The position numbers and the translations under genes are program-made. The notes beneath the pieces are model-generated. The model saw only the letters and a list, made by a program, of their open reading frames with translations. It did not search any database and was not told the origin of the DNA. Below, piece after piece: positions 11,888 through 21,348 of a DNA stretch of 64,000 nt. The first letter of the stretch is position 1. Every line of letters starts with the position of its first letter. The DNA is taken from positions 2,368,001 to 2,432,000 of the forward strand of contig CBDCKW010000009.1 of the NCBI GenBank assembly GCA_965218435.1. The letters are read 5' to 3'. The DNA is from Truepera sp. (lineage in GTDB: Bacteria > Deinococcota > Deinococci > Deinococcales > Trueperaceae).

Positions 11888-12613
11888 CTAGGTTCGCAGC
11901 AAGTCTCGAGCGGCGCGCACAAGGTCGGCGTTGTCAGCGGCAAGCCGTCCATCCGGCAGAACCGGCGTATCTTCTAAACCGGTTCGAATCCCGTGACCAC
12001 GAGATAGCGCCCGCTTACAAACTGCCTAACTAGCGATGAGGTCGCCGTGATGAACCTGCTCAAGCAAAATGTTAGCCCCGATAAGCACGTTTTCTATCGC
12101 GGCAGCGTGCGCGGTGGCCTCATCCGGGTCGGCCTCGAGCGGTTCGATGAGTACACGTACACACTGTTTAGAGAGACCCGAGCGCACGAACGCCTCTGCA
12201 TCTCCTACACTGAGCAACCCAGCTTCAATCCCGGCACCCCGCCGGAGGAGGAGATCGCACAGTTCCAGAATGCCTTCCTCTCCCTGATTAGCCGTTACCA
12301 AATCCGGTAGTTCTGTCCAAGCCTCTACGAGTGCAAAACGGCGCGACGGGTCAGGCTCGAGACCGGCCGAGGTTGTAAACGAGACAGGCACGCCAGGGCA
12401 AGCGTGACGCACGGCGCGCAGAGCAGCGGCACACGCTTCGGCTGCCAACGACTCCACATCTGAAGAATCGTAAGCGTGCAGGTGAATCACCCGCGCACCC
12501 ACAGCTACTGCTGCACGCGCCTCTTTAGCGAGTGCTTCCGGCATTCTTGGGACTCCTGGGTGTTCATCAACCGAACGCGAACCGTTAAGGGCGACTTGCA
12601 AAAGCAGTGACAT
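11888..12613 (-). pseudogene. 3-keto-5-aminohexanoate cleavage (BKACE/DUF849) family gene with one in-frame TAG
   Basis: ALNGSR, IHLHA; the frame continues past TAG at 12026-12028 as AVCKRALSRGHGIRTGLEDT...DNADLV to TAG at 11888. Confidence 0.8.
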
Positions 12614-12702
12614 ATCAAAAGTTTACAATGGTGTTCGAAAACAAGACTTTTTAGGTTAGACTGCGGGACATCTGTCAGAAACTTAGGGCGTAAAGTAAAA
12701 TC

Positions 12703-13104
12703 ATGCGCTACGTCATCCTTCTGCTTTTATGTTCGTCTCTAGCTGCCTGCCGCCCGCCGGAGCCTTCAAGTGAAAGTGCGGGGAGTGCTGCGGGCGAAGC
12801 GGGCGTTAAGGTCAGCCTCGAGCTCCCCAAAAAACCTGCGATTGGTCCGGCTCCGGTACGCGTTTACCTGTTAGGTGTAGATAATAAAGCTGTGACCGGC
12901 GCAACCGTTACGGTAACCGGCCTCATGACCCACGCCGGAATGGAACCTGTGATTGCCAAAGCGCCCCCAACTGAAAACGGCCTCTACCAGACCAAAACCT
13001 TTGACTTTGACATGGCGGGCGACTGGATTTTGCAAGCCGACGTGACGCTCCCAGACGGCAACGAAGTGCGTAAAGAGCTGAGCGTGACGGTTCCGGGGGG
13101 CTGA
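12703..13104 (+). CDS. FixH/YtkA-like Ig-fold lipoprotein with Met/His motif
   Basis: Lipobox LAAC; VTGATVTVTGLMTHAGM...GLY...FDMAGDW is the YtkA-like pattern. Confidence 0.8.
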   Translation: MRYVILLLLCSSLAACRPPEPSSESAGSAAGEAGVKVSLELPKKPAIGPAPVRVYLLGVDNKAVTGATVTVTGLMTHAGMEPVIAKAPPTENGLYQTKTFDFDMAGDWILQADVTLPDGNEVRKELSVTVPGG

Positions 13105-13106
13105 GC

Positions 13107-13418
13107 GTGAGTCGGTGGGCGAGGGCTTTAAGAGCGGGCGGTACGACGCTGCTGTTGGGCCTGCTCTGCACCGCCGCACTCGCTGCCCCTGCGCTTAGCA
13201 CGGTTCAAAATTTCGCGCATACGCATTCAGGTAGTACGCCGCACCATGTTCACCCGTTGTGCCTTTTACTCGGCGGGACCCCACCGGCTTCGCCCATTGT
13301 TGCAGCTGGGTCTATAAAACGTGACGACGCTCTCCCGTTTTACGTCATTTCTTTCGTCGCAGCCGAAGTCTTTACGGGTTCACGCAGCCGTGCGCCTCCT
13401 CCAAACGTCGAACCGTAG
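13107..13418 (+). CDS. Small exported His/Cys-rich protein with C-terminal RAPP motif (DUF2946/CruR/CutF-like putative arrest peptide)
   Basis: Signal-like N-terminus, HTHSGSTPHHVHPLC, C-terminal SRSRAPPPNVEP; starts 2 nt after the upstream stop. Confidence 0.7.
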   Translation: MSRWARALRAGGTTLLLGLLCTAALAAPALSTVQNFAHTHSGSTPHHVHPLCLLLGGTPPASPIVAAGSIKRDDALPFYVISFVAAEVFTGSRSRAPPPNVEP

Positions 13419-13439
13419 CCACTAGACGTTTTTTGCGCC

Positions 13440-15038
13440 TTGATTTACGGGGCAGAGTTGGAGGACATCATCACGACTAAGCAAGCTTATCCAGACACAG
13501 CGCCGGACAAAGTAGAGCTGCCGCTGCACCGCCCCAACCGCCCGGTTTGGCCCGCGCAACCTAAGGGTTTTGACCTCTTCCGGCTCCCCGGTCTGCGGCG
13601 GTTTTTTCGCTGGCGTTACGCCCGTTTCGTGTTTCAGTTACCGCTTTTGCTGCTGGCCGTGTTCGCCGTGGTAGACGGCCTCACCGGAGACCAATTAGCG
13701 CCGCGCAACATCGCCACGACGACGCTCTGGTTGCACTACCGGGGCCTGGTCGTGGTCGCACTCGCCGTTTTCGGTAACGCCTTTTGTTCCGCCTGTCCAC
13801 TCATGCTGACGCGGGGGTTGACGAGACAGTTGGAGCGCGTTTTGCCCCATAAGCTCAGCTGGCCCAGGGGCTTAAAAAATAAATATCTGGTTACGGCGCT
13901 GCTGCTCGCTTTCTTTTTATCGTATGAAGTGTTCGACTTTTGGGCCAGCCCGTTTTTAACCGCGTGGCTGGTGATCGGCTACTTTATGGGCGCGCTCGTC
14001 GTTGACACACTTTTTCCCGCCGGGACGTTTTGCCGTTACGTGTGCCCCCTCGGAAACTTCAACTTTACCTTTGCTACGGCCTCACCCACACAAATTGTAG
14101 CCGTCAACCCGGACGTGTGCAGCAGCTGTCACGATAAGCCGTGTTTGCACGGGCGTGAAAGCTACGCAGACGCGTCTCAAACCAAAGGACAAGCAGCGTT
14201 TATTCCGCTGTCACAGATTGAGCACGCGAACGGCTCCGGCTACTTTCCGGGCTGCGAAACCGACCTGATGGTGCCGACGATCACCTCGAACATGGACTGC
14301 ACCTTTTGTCTAAACTGTGTGCGGGCATGCCCGTATGACAACGTGGCGCTTACCACCCGGACGCCGGGGCTCGAGTGGACCCGTAACCCGTGGGCCAAAC
14401 GCGGCGGCTTCGCCGTTATCTTACTGAGCATTCTCCTAACCTTTTGGGGTCTCCTCAACGCCCTTGCGATGATCGGCCCGTTTTACAAGGGTGCAGAAAC
14501 CCTCTCAGCAGCTCTGGGAACGCGGAGTGAGGCGCTGCTACTCGCCGTCATCTTCGGCAGTGTCACCCTGCTCGGGTTCGGTCTGACTACGGCGATGAGT
14601 TTACTCGCTGACCGGTTAGGCGGCACAAAGAGCACGCTCCGACCGGCGCTCATGCGCTGGGGTTATGTCCTCTTGCCCCTCGGCTTCGGCTTTTGGGCGG
14701 CGCACTATCTGTTTCACTTCTCAACCGGGGCGCTCAGCATCGTGCCGGTATTTCAGCACTTTTTTGAGACCTGGGGCTTCGCCGTTGACCCGAATTGGCG
14801 ACTCTCGAGGCTCGTCCCAACCCACTGGCTCTTCCCTATCGAGGCAGGATTTGTCAGTGTCTACTCGCTTTTGGCGGTATGGACAGCGTTTCGGATTGCG
14901 CTCCGCGATTTCGGTCGGCGCGGCGTGCTCGCGCTCTGGCCGCCGCTCCTATTCGTTCTCCTGTTTGCGGCACTGTCACTATGGATACTCGCGCAGCCGA
15001 TGGAGATGCGCGGCACCATTTTCGGCCCGACGTTTTAG
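13440..15038 (+). CDS. Membrane polyferredoxin (4Fe-4S binding; CcoG/FixG/NapH-like); start codon uncertain
   Basis: CSACP, CRYVCP, CSSCHDKPC, CTFCLNCVRACP and many transmembrane segments. Confidence 0.85.
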   Translation: MIYGAELEDIITTKQAYPDTAPDKVELPLHRPNRPVWPAQPKGFDLFRLPGLRRFFRWRYARFVFQLPLLLLAVFAVVDGLTGDQLAPRNIATTTLWLHYRGLVVVALAVFGNAFCSACPLMLTRGLTRQLERVLPHKLSWPRGLKNKYLVTALLLAFFLSYEVFDFWASPFLTAWLVIGYFMGALVVDTLFPAGTFCRYVCPLGNFNFTFATASPTQIVAVNPDVCSSCHDKPCLHGRESYADASQTKGQAAFIPLSQIEHANGSGYFPGCETDLMVPTITSNMDCTFCLNCVRACPYDNVALTTRTPGLEWTRNPWAKRGGFAVILLSILLTFWGLLNALAMIGPFYKGAETLSAALGTRSEALLLAVIFGSVTLLGFGLTTAMSLLADRLGGTKSTLRPALMRWGYVLLPLGFGFWAAHYLFHFSTGALSIVPVFQHFFETWGFAVDPNWRLSRLVPTHWLFPIEAGFVSVYSLLAVWTAFRIALRDFGRRGVLALWPPLLFVLLFAALSLWILAQPMEMRGTIFGPTF

Positions 15039-15065
15039 CACTCTCGACTTGCAAAAGCTGTTACG

Positions 15066-15764
15066 ATGCCTGACATGTTGCGTTTAGGTCTGCTTGCTCT
15101 TCTACTCACTATGTCTCTGCAACTCGTACTGGCACAAACTGAACCGCTCCCCGAATGCGGCTACGAAGACCGTCCTGCTACGCTGACGAGCTACGACGAC
15201 TGGCCGTATACAGTGCTCGACACGCTCTACGCGCTGCCTGAAGATTACGCGCCGAGTGATTTGGAGCCCGTCACCTCGTTGGGCGTCGGCACCGACGCGC
15301 TGCAGCTACGCAGCTTGGTTATGCCCGATTTGAAGGCGCTGTTAGCAGCGGCTGAGGCTGATGGGATGGGGCTCGAGGTTCAGTCTGCGTACCGCTCATA
15401 TGGGTATCAGAAGCAGACGTTTGACTATTGGACAGCACAAGACGGCTACGCCGCCGCCCTAAAGAGCAGCGCCCGCCCCGGTCACTCGGAACATCAGCTC
15501 GGCACCGCGCTTGACTTCCGCAGTGCGGACGGCGACCCCGCATGGGATTTGGATGACTGGGCGACGACACCTGAAGGGGCTTGGCTTCAAGAACACGCCG
15601 CCGAGTTCGGTTTTGTGATGAGTTATCCGAAGGGTAAAGAGGCGCTGACCTGCTACATTTATGAGCCGTGGCATTACCGTTATGTCGGGCGTGAAGAGGC
15701 CGCTGCGGTGGCGGCGAGCGGTCTCACACTGCGCGAATGGTTGTGGGAGCACCAAACACCATGA
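15066..15764 (+). CDS. M15 family D-alanyl-D-alanine carboxypeptidase (VanY-like)
   Basis: SAYRSY, SARPGHSEHQLGTALD, YEPWHYRYVG; signal peptide. Confidence 0.93.
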   Translation: MPDMLRLGLLALLLTMSLQLVLAQTEPLPECGYEDRPATLTSYDDWPYTVLDTLYALPEDYAPSDLEPVTSLGVGTDALQLRSLVMPDLKALLAAAEADGMGLEVQSAYRSYGYQKQTFDYWTAQDGYAAALKSSARPGHSEHQLGTALDFRSADGDPAWDLDDWATTPEGAWLQEHAAEFGFVMSYPKGKEALTCYIYEPWHYRYVGREEAAAVAASGLTLREWLWEHQTP

Positions 15765-15885
15765 TAGTCGTCGTTAGAAGCAACTACAGCTCAGGGGCTT
15801 GGATGTTCCGATCCGCAAATTTTGGCATATCTGCTGACTTACCAGAGATTTAACGGAACGTCTCCGAACCCCTTGCAGCACTTGG

Positions 15886-16248
15886 TTATACCTCAGAGTT
15901 ACAGCCCACTTCGACAAGGATACCCCCAGGCGCATAGACGTAGAAAAGTGTACCTCCGCGCATATGTTTCACTTCAGAGATATCGCTGAGATAGTCTGCT
16001 CGGAGCCTGTTATTTACCTCCTGCACGGCCTCCTCTGAGGGAAGCAAGAACCCAATGTGAAAGGTTTTAGGATAGATAGGTTTTTGCCGCACTCGAGTAA
16101 GCACAAGCGTAAAGCTACCGTCACCCTTGAGAATGGCTAGGGTATCATCGCCTTTCGTCATCATGAGCGTAAAGTCAAAGAAAGTCTCGAAAAAAGACGC
16201 TGTTGCTACTACGTCAATTACGGAAAGGTTGAGATGGTTGAGTTGCAC
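15886..16248 (-). CDS. VOC family protein
   Basis: GAGGAG RBS then GTG 16248: QLNHLNLSVIDV...FHIGF...APGGILVEV. Confidence 0.85.
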   Translation of the reverse strand: MQLNHLNLSVIDVVATASFFETFFDFTLMMTKGDDTLAILKGDGSFTLVLTRVRQKPIYPKTFHIGFLLPSEEAVQEVNNRLRADYLSDISEVKHMRGGTLFYVYAPGGILVEVGCNSEV

Positions 16249-16553
16249 TGCATTCTCCTCAAATTTCTGGACTCGGTAGGATAATTGCAACGCAATAACA
16301 AAGCCCTGAACGAGCCCAAACGCCATAGGGCGCAGGATTCGTCGCGGGTTCTCATGTTGAACATGGAGCAGAGCTTCCGGCATTGGGAAGGGGTCGGGCT
16401 TACCAAAAACGACCCTGCCTTTTTCGACAGATTGGAGAATAGCATCCAACTTGAAAGATTGTCAATCTCCAAATTGGATGCCCATCGAAATGCAACTAGA
16501 ACGCGGAACCGAAGGAGACGCCAATGGCTCGATCTCGAGTTAACCTTTACGCT

Positions 16554-18536
16554 TTACGCCGTCTCGAGGTGCGTTAGCGGCACAACCTCGAGCGCCCTTC
16601 CCTCAACATGCACCTTGAGGTGCTGCATAAAGACCGCCGCTGCAATCCCCTTCTGCTCCGGCTCTTTCCGGCTTCTAAAAGACACCTCTCCGGCTTCCAT
16701 CTCTTTGTCGCCCACGATGACGGTATAAGGCACCTTGTAGAGTTCGGCGTCGCGGACTTTGGCGTTCATCCGCTCGCTGCGGAGGTCGGTCTCAGCGCGG
16801 AGGCCCGCGTCAAAAAGTTGCTCGCGGAGTTTTACGGCGTAGTCGTTATGACGGTCGGCGATGGGCACGATGCGCACTTGTTCAGGGGCAAGCCAGAGCG
16901 GAAAATCTCCGGCGAAGTGTTCAATCATCACGCCCATAAACCGTTCAGTCGAGCCGGTAACGGCACGGTGCAAAACAACCGGGGTTTTACGGGAACCGTC
17001 TTCAGCGACATACTCGCAACCCAAACGCTCAGGTTGAATAAAATCAACTTGAATCGTTGAAAGTTGCCATTCACGGCCTAGCACATCTTTCGCCATAAAA
17101 TCGGCTTTGGGGCCGTAAAAAGCAGCTTCGCCCACCGCTTCAAGATAGGGAACGTTTTCCGCCTCGAGCGCCCGCCGCAGCGCAGCTGTAGCTTTTTCCC
17201 ACTTCTCCTCGTCCTCGACATACTTGCCTTCGTGACCACGCAAACTCAGCTGCACCATATAGTCCCTAAAGTTGTACGTATCTAAAACTTCGCGGATAAG
17301 CTGAAGTGCGCGCGCAAACTCTTCTTGAATTTGCTCTTCGGTACAGAAGATGTGACAGTCGTCTTGAGTTAGTGAACGCACACGAGTGAGACCGTTAAGC
17401 TCGCCAGACTTTTCATAGCGGTAGAGCGTCGCAAACTCAGCGTAACGCAGGGGCAGTTCGCGGTAGGAGTGCTGACGAGCGTTAAAGAGCGTCATATGAC
17501 TTGGACAGTTCATCGGCTTAAGCCGCATCAAAATACCGTCATCATCCATCGGCGGAAACATGGACTCGGCGTAGTTGGCAAGGTGCCCGGACTTTGCGTA
17601 AAGACTCTCTTTAACGAGGTGCCCTGTCCAGACGTGCTGATAACCGTAACTGGTCTGCACTTCGCGGACAAAACGCTCCATCTCGTGACGGATAATCTCA
17701 CCTCGAGGTAAAAATAGCGGAATCCCCGAACCTATGTCTTCTGAAAAAGCAAACAGGTCGAGTTCACGGCCCAACTTACGGTGGTCGCGTTTTTTAGCCT
17801 CCTCGAGCTGCCAGAGGTGATGCTCGAGCTCATCTTTGGACTTAAACGCCGCGCCGTAAATCCGCTGGAGCATCGGGCGCGTTTCGTCGCCGCGCCAGTA
17901 CGCTCCGGCCACCGACATCAGCTTGAAGTGCGGCGGAATGTCGCCGGTATTCGGCACGTGCGGCCCCCGGCAGAGGTCGGTAAAGCCCTCACTACCGCCC
18001 TGTTCATAAAAGGTCAACGGCACGTCTTTGGGCAGATCGGCGATCAGCTCGAGCTTGTACGGGTCGCGCTCAGAGAAGCGGTCCAGGGCTTCGGCGCGGG
18101 GGAGTTCAAATTTGCGCAGGGGCAGTTTAGCGGCGACGATTTCACGCATCCGAGCTTCAATGACACCTAAATCTTCGGGGGTCAGGTTGCGCGGCAGATC
18201 GAAGTCGTAGTAAAAGCCGTTTTCAATCACCGGGCCGATGCCCATTTTTACGGCTTCACGAGGGAATCCTTCGGCAGCAAATACGTCGGTCACGGCTTGC
18301 GCCATGACGTGCGCTAGGGTGTGACGCATCAGGCGAATCATGGCGTCGTCTTTTTTAGTGAGAATCGAAATTTCCGCGCCGTCGGGAAGTTCGGTCAGGA
18401 GGTCGTTGAGTTGCCCGTTGACGGTTGCGCCCAGCGCAGCTTTGGCAAGACCGGGGCCGATGGCTTCGGCGGCATTTTTGGCGGTCGCGTGGTCGGGCAA
18501 ATCCAGGCGTTTTCCGTCGGGTAGAGTCACGTACAT
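16554..18536 (-). CDS. thrS: Threonyl-tRNA synthetase
   Basis: TGS domain, DLCRGPH, GAYWRG, RDHRKLG, KPMNCP, EAAFYGPK. Confidence 0.98.
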   Translation of the reverse strand: MYVTLPDGKRLDLPDHATAKNAAEAIGPGLAKAALGATVNGQLNDLLTELPDGAEISILTKKDDAMIRLMRHTLAHVMAQAVTDVFAAEGFPREAVKMGIGPVIENGFYYDFDLPRNLTPEDLGVIEARMREIVAAKLPLRKFELPRAEALDRFSERDPYKLELIADLPKDVPLTFYEQGGSEGFTDLCRGPHVPNTGDIPPHFKLMSVAGAYWRGDETRPMLQRIYGAAFKSKDELEHHLWQLEEAKKRDHRKLGRELDLFAFSEDIGSGIPLFLPRGEIIRHEMERFVREVQTSYGYQHVWTGHLVKESLYAKSGHLANYAESMFPPMDDDGILMRLKPMNCPSHMTLFNARQHSYRELPLRYAEFATLYRYEKSGELNGLTRVRSLTQDDCHIFCTEEQIQEEFARALQLIREVLDTYNFRDYMVQLSLRGHEGKYVEDEEKWEKATAALRRALEAENVPYLEAVGEAAFYGPKADFMAKDVLGREWQLSTIQVDFIQPERLGCEYVAEDGSRKTPVVLHRAVTGSTERFMGVMIEHFAGDFPLWLAPEQVRIVPIADRHNDYAVKLREQLFDAGLRAETDLRSERMNAKVRDAELYKVPYTVIVGDKEMEAGEVSFRSRKEPEQKGIAAAVFMQHLKVHVEGRALEVVPLTHLETA

Positions 18537-18816
18537 AGTCACCTCAGAGGTATGGAGGATTACGGCGCAGGTATCCGTCGCCGCAGAGTTTCAAAACTGT
18601 ATCAGGCTGGGTTCAGGTGTGCAGAGACGTTCGTTTTGAGCGGCCACAGACGTGTCTATACCTTAGGGCAGGACACGAAACGTAGAATGGTGCGGCGTAC
18701 ATAGGTTTAATCTAGCATAGACGCACAGGCTAGAGGCACGTTTAGACGTCTCGAGCGCACCCGGTCAAAAGTTTGGGGCTCGAGCAACCCATTTCTAGCT
18801 ACCTTTTGAAGGATAG

Positions 18817-19445
18817 ATGACCCGGAGCGCAGCTTTTCAAGCCCTTTCACCCTGCACACTCGCCGACGTCCTTACCCGCGAGCAAGTAATGGACATCGGT
18901 ATCCGACCTCTGTGGCAGGGGCCGCGCGTCGCCGGTCCTGCCTATACGGTGGAGTGTGCAGCCGGGGACAACCTCATGCTGCACGCGGCGATCTACCGCG
19001 CCGAACCCGGGGCCGTTATCGTCGTCAGGCAGGTGACGTAGACTATGCTGTCGCTGGTGGAAACGTCTGCGCCGTAGCACAGGCGCGTGGTATCGCCGCG
19101 TTCGTTATTGACGGCGTGATTCGTGATCTCGCCGAAATACGCGCACTTGGGTTTCCGGTCTTCGCCCGTGGGGTCATCCCGATTCCCGGCAAAAAGGAAA
19201 AACTCGGCGTTTTAGGCGGCGCGGTGCGTTGCGGCGGTGTCAACGTCGAGGCGGGCGACATCGTTGTAGGGGATGAAGAGGGTATCGTCGTCGTACCGGC
19301 TTTGCAGGCTGACACTGTGCTGGAGAAAGCTAAGGCTCGAGCTGCCGCTGAGGAAACCGATTTGAAAAAATGGGAGGCTGACCACAGAGCGCGTATTGAG
19401 GGCATCCTGCGGAATAGAGGTTTTTCCGGCGAGGCAGACGCCTGA
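18817..19445 (+). pseudogene. RraA/HMG-aldolase family gene with a frameshift near 19025
   Basis: 5' frame has RVAGPAYTVECAAGDNLMLHAAI; the other frame has AGGNV...DGVIRD...GDIVVGDEEG; one base appears missing in GTCGTCAGGCAGG. Confidence 0.8.
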
Positions 19446-20401
19446 TGACCCTTCAGTGTGCCGTGCTCGACGATTATCAGCAGGTCGCCCTAAAGATGGC
19501 GGACTGGTTATCACTCTCAAACGTTGAGGTCAAGTCGTTCGCCGAGCACTTCCAGACTGAAAGTGACCTTGTAGCCGCAATCAAAGATGCTGAAGTAGTG
19601 GTGATGATGCGCGAGCGCACACCCTTTCAGGCGTCACTCTTTGCAAAGCTCCCCCGCTTACAGCTCTTGGTTACAACCGGGATGCGTAACGCTGCGGTTG
19701 ATCTCACGGCAGCTGCCGCGCACGGCGTAACGGTTTGCGGTACCACGAGCAGCTCTAGGCCGCCAGCGGAGCTGACTTGGGCGCTGCTTTTGGGTCTCGC
19801 ACGAAATTTGGTCCGGGAGAATAACGCGTTGCGAAAAGGCGGCCCTTGGCAACGTTCAGTCGGCGTAGACTTGTACGGCAAACAGCTCGGACTCTTAGGA
19901 CTCGGCAAGATAGGGAGTCAAGTGGCGCGCGTGGGGCTCGCTTTTGGGATGGAGGTCGCCGCGTGGAGTCAAAACCTTACCGAGGCTCGAGCGGAAGCCG
20001 TAGGTGTGCGGTTAGCCGCTTCTAAAGAAGCTTTACTCGAGCGCAGCGACTTCGTCTCTCTTCATCTGGTGCTCAGCGAGCGGACGGCGGGAATCGTTGG
20101 AAGAGCAGAGCTTGCCCGGATGCGCACCTCGGCGTTTCTGATCAATACCTCGAGGGCGGGGCTCGTTGACCAACACGCACTCGCCGAGGCGCTGGAAAAA
20201 GGCCAAATTGCTGGCGCTGGCCTAGACGTTTTTGAGACTGAGCCACTCCCTGCTGACAACGTTTTTCGGACGCTCCCAAACGTCTTGGCTACGCCTCACT
20301 TGGGTTATGTGACAGAAACAAATTACGCGACTTACTACCGTGAAGCCGTAGAGGACATTCAGGCTTTTTTAGCCGGAGCACCTGTTCGGACGCTGGGGTA
20401 A
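19445..20401 (+). CDS. D-2-hydroxyacid dehydrogenase family protein
   Basis: MRERT, GLGKIG, INTSRAG, LDVFETEP, ATPHLGYV. Confidence 0.93.
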   Translation: MTLQCAVLDDYQQVALKMADWLSLSNVEVKSFAEHFQTESDLVAAIKDAEVVVMMRERTPFQASLFAKLPRLQLLVTTGMRNAAVDLTAAAAHGVTVCGTTSSSRPPAELTWALLLGLARNLVRENNALRKGGPWQRSVGVDLYGKQLGLLGLGKIGSQVARVGLAFGMEVAAWSQNLTEARAEAVGVRLAASKEALLERSDFVSLHLVLSERTAGIVGRAELARMRTSAFLINTSRAGLVDQHALAEALEKGQIAGAGLDVFETEPLPADNVFRTLPNVLATPHLGYVTETNYATYYREAVEDIQAFLAGAPVRTLG

Positions 20402-20479
20402 ACAGCTGAGGTCAGCTCAGACAGAATGAAAGCGTTTGCAACTAGACGCTAAAGACCAAACTTCTATACACTTGGGCCC

Positions 20480-21292
20480 ATGCGAATCGCTATTTTGGCT
20501 GACATCCACGGAAACTTAGGAGCACTCGAGGCCGTCTTAGCTCACATCGAAACCCAAAACGTTGACCAAATCATCGTCGCGGGCGATGTGGTCAACGTCA
20601 TGCCCCATTCAAAAGCCTGTTGGGACACCGTCACGGCGCTCGGTTGCCCCGTCCTCAAAGGAAACCACGAGCACTATCTGACGAGTTACGGCACCGCAGC
20701 AGCGCATCCTGACTGGTCAACGGAGCGGTTTCAAGGTTTGGCGTGGGCGCAAGGTCAGTTTAGCGCGGCAGACTTAGATGCAATGCGGGAGCTGCCGCTC
20801 ACCTATCAGCTACCGGGTCTGCTCGTCACCCACGCCGCGCCGCACGATGTTTTTGCCGGTGTTCACGCAGATACGCCAGTTGAAACCTTGCGTGAGCTTT
20901 TTCGCGGTACATCAGAAGCGATGATCGTTCGAGGACATAACCACCGCTGGCTCAAGCGCCGCTGGGATGACCGCACCCTACTGACGATTCAGTCTTGTGG
21001 TTTGCCGCTAGGCGGAAGTTTAGACGCACAGTACGTGATCTTGACCCGTCAAGCTGGGGGCTGGCGGTATGAAAAACAGTTCGTTCCTTACGACCGTGAA
21101 GCGACGTTAGCTGCGATGGATGAGAGGTATCTCGAGGTCATGGGACCCACAGGGCAGCTATTTAAGCGTGAACTGGCAACGGGCAAAAACCACATCATGC
21201 CCTTTTTAAGGGAGTATCTCGCCGTGGTAGACGGGCAGTTGCCGCTCAGCGAAGCTGTTACGACATTCTTGGCCCGTGAAGCTGGCGACTGA
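20480..21292 (+). CDS. Metallophosphoesterase (calcineurin-like)
   Basis: DIHGN, GDVV, GNHE, GHNH motifs. Confidence 0.9.
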   Translation: MRIAILADIHGNLGALEAVLAHIETQNVDQIIVAGDVVNVMPHSKACWDTVTALGCPVLKGNHEHYLTSYGTAAAHPDWSTERFQGLAWAQGQFSAADLDAMRELPLTYQLPGLLVTHAAPHDVFAGVHADTPVETLRELFRGTSEAMIVRGHNHRWLKRRWDDRTLLTIQSCGLPLGGSLDAQYVILTRQAGGWRYEKQFVPYDREATLAAMDERYLEVMGPTGQLFKRELATGKNHIMPFLREYLAVVDGQLPLSEAVTTFLAREAGD

Positions 21293-21348
21293 ACCCCAAA
21301 CCAAATGTGACCTTTCAGCCTTTGCAGGCAGAAGGTATACTGCGCTGC

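Noticed and set aside
12026..12028. Programmed amber read-through (pyrrolysine or recoding) in the BKACE gene
   Set aside because: TAG is a normal stop for many genes here, and a TGG-to-TAG nonsense change is simpler
16250..16540. Long N-terminal extension of the VOC protein, or a separate gene
   Set aside because: A good RBS supports GTG 16248; the upstream stretch may be a gene remnant but could not be assigned
18543..18720. T-box riboswitch upstream of thrS
   Set aside because: No GGTGGNACC T-box sequence or terminator/antiterminator found on the minus strand
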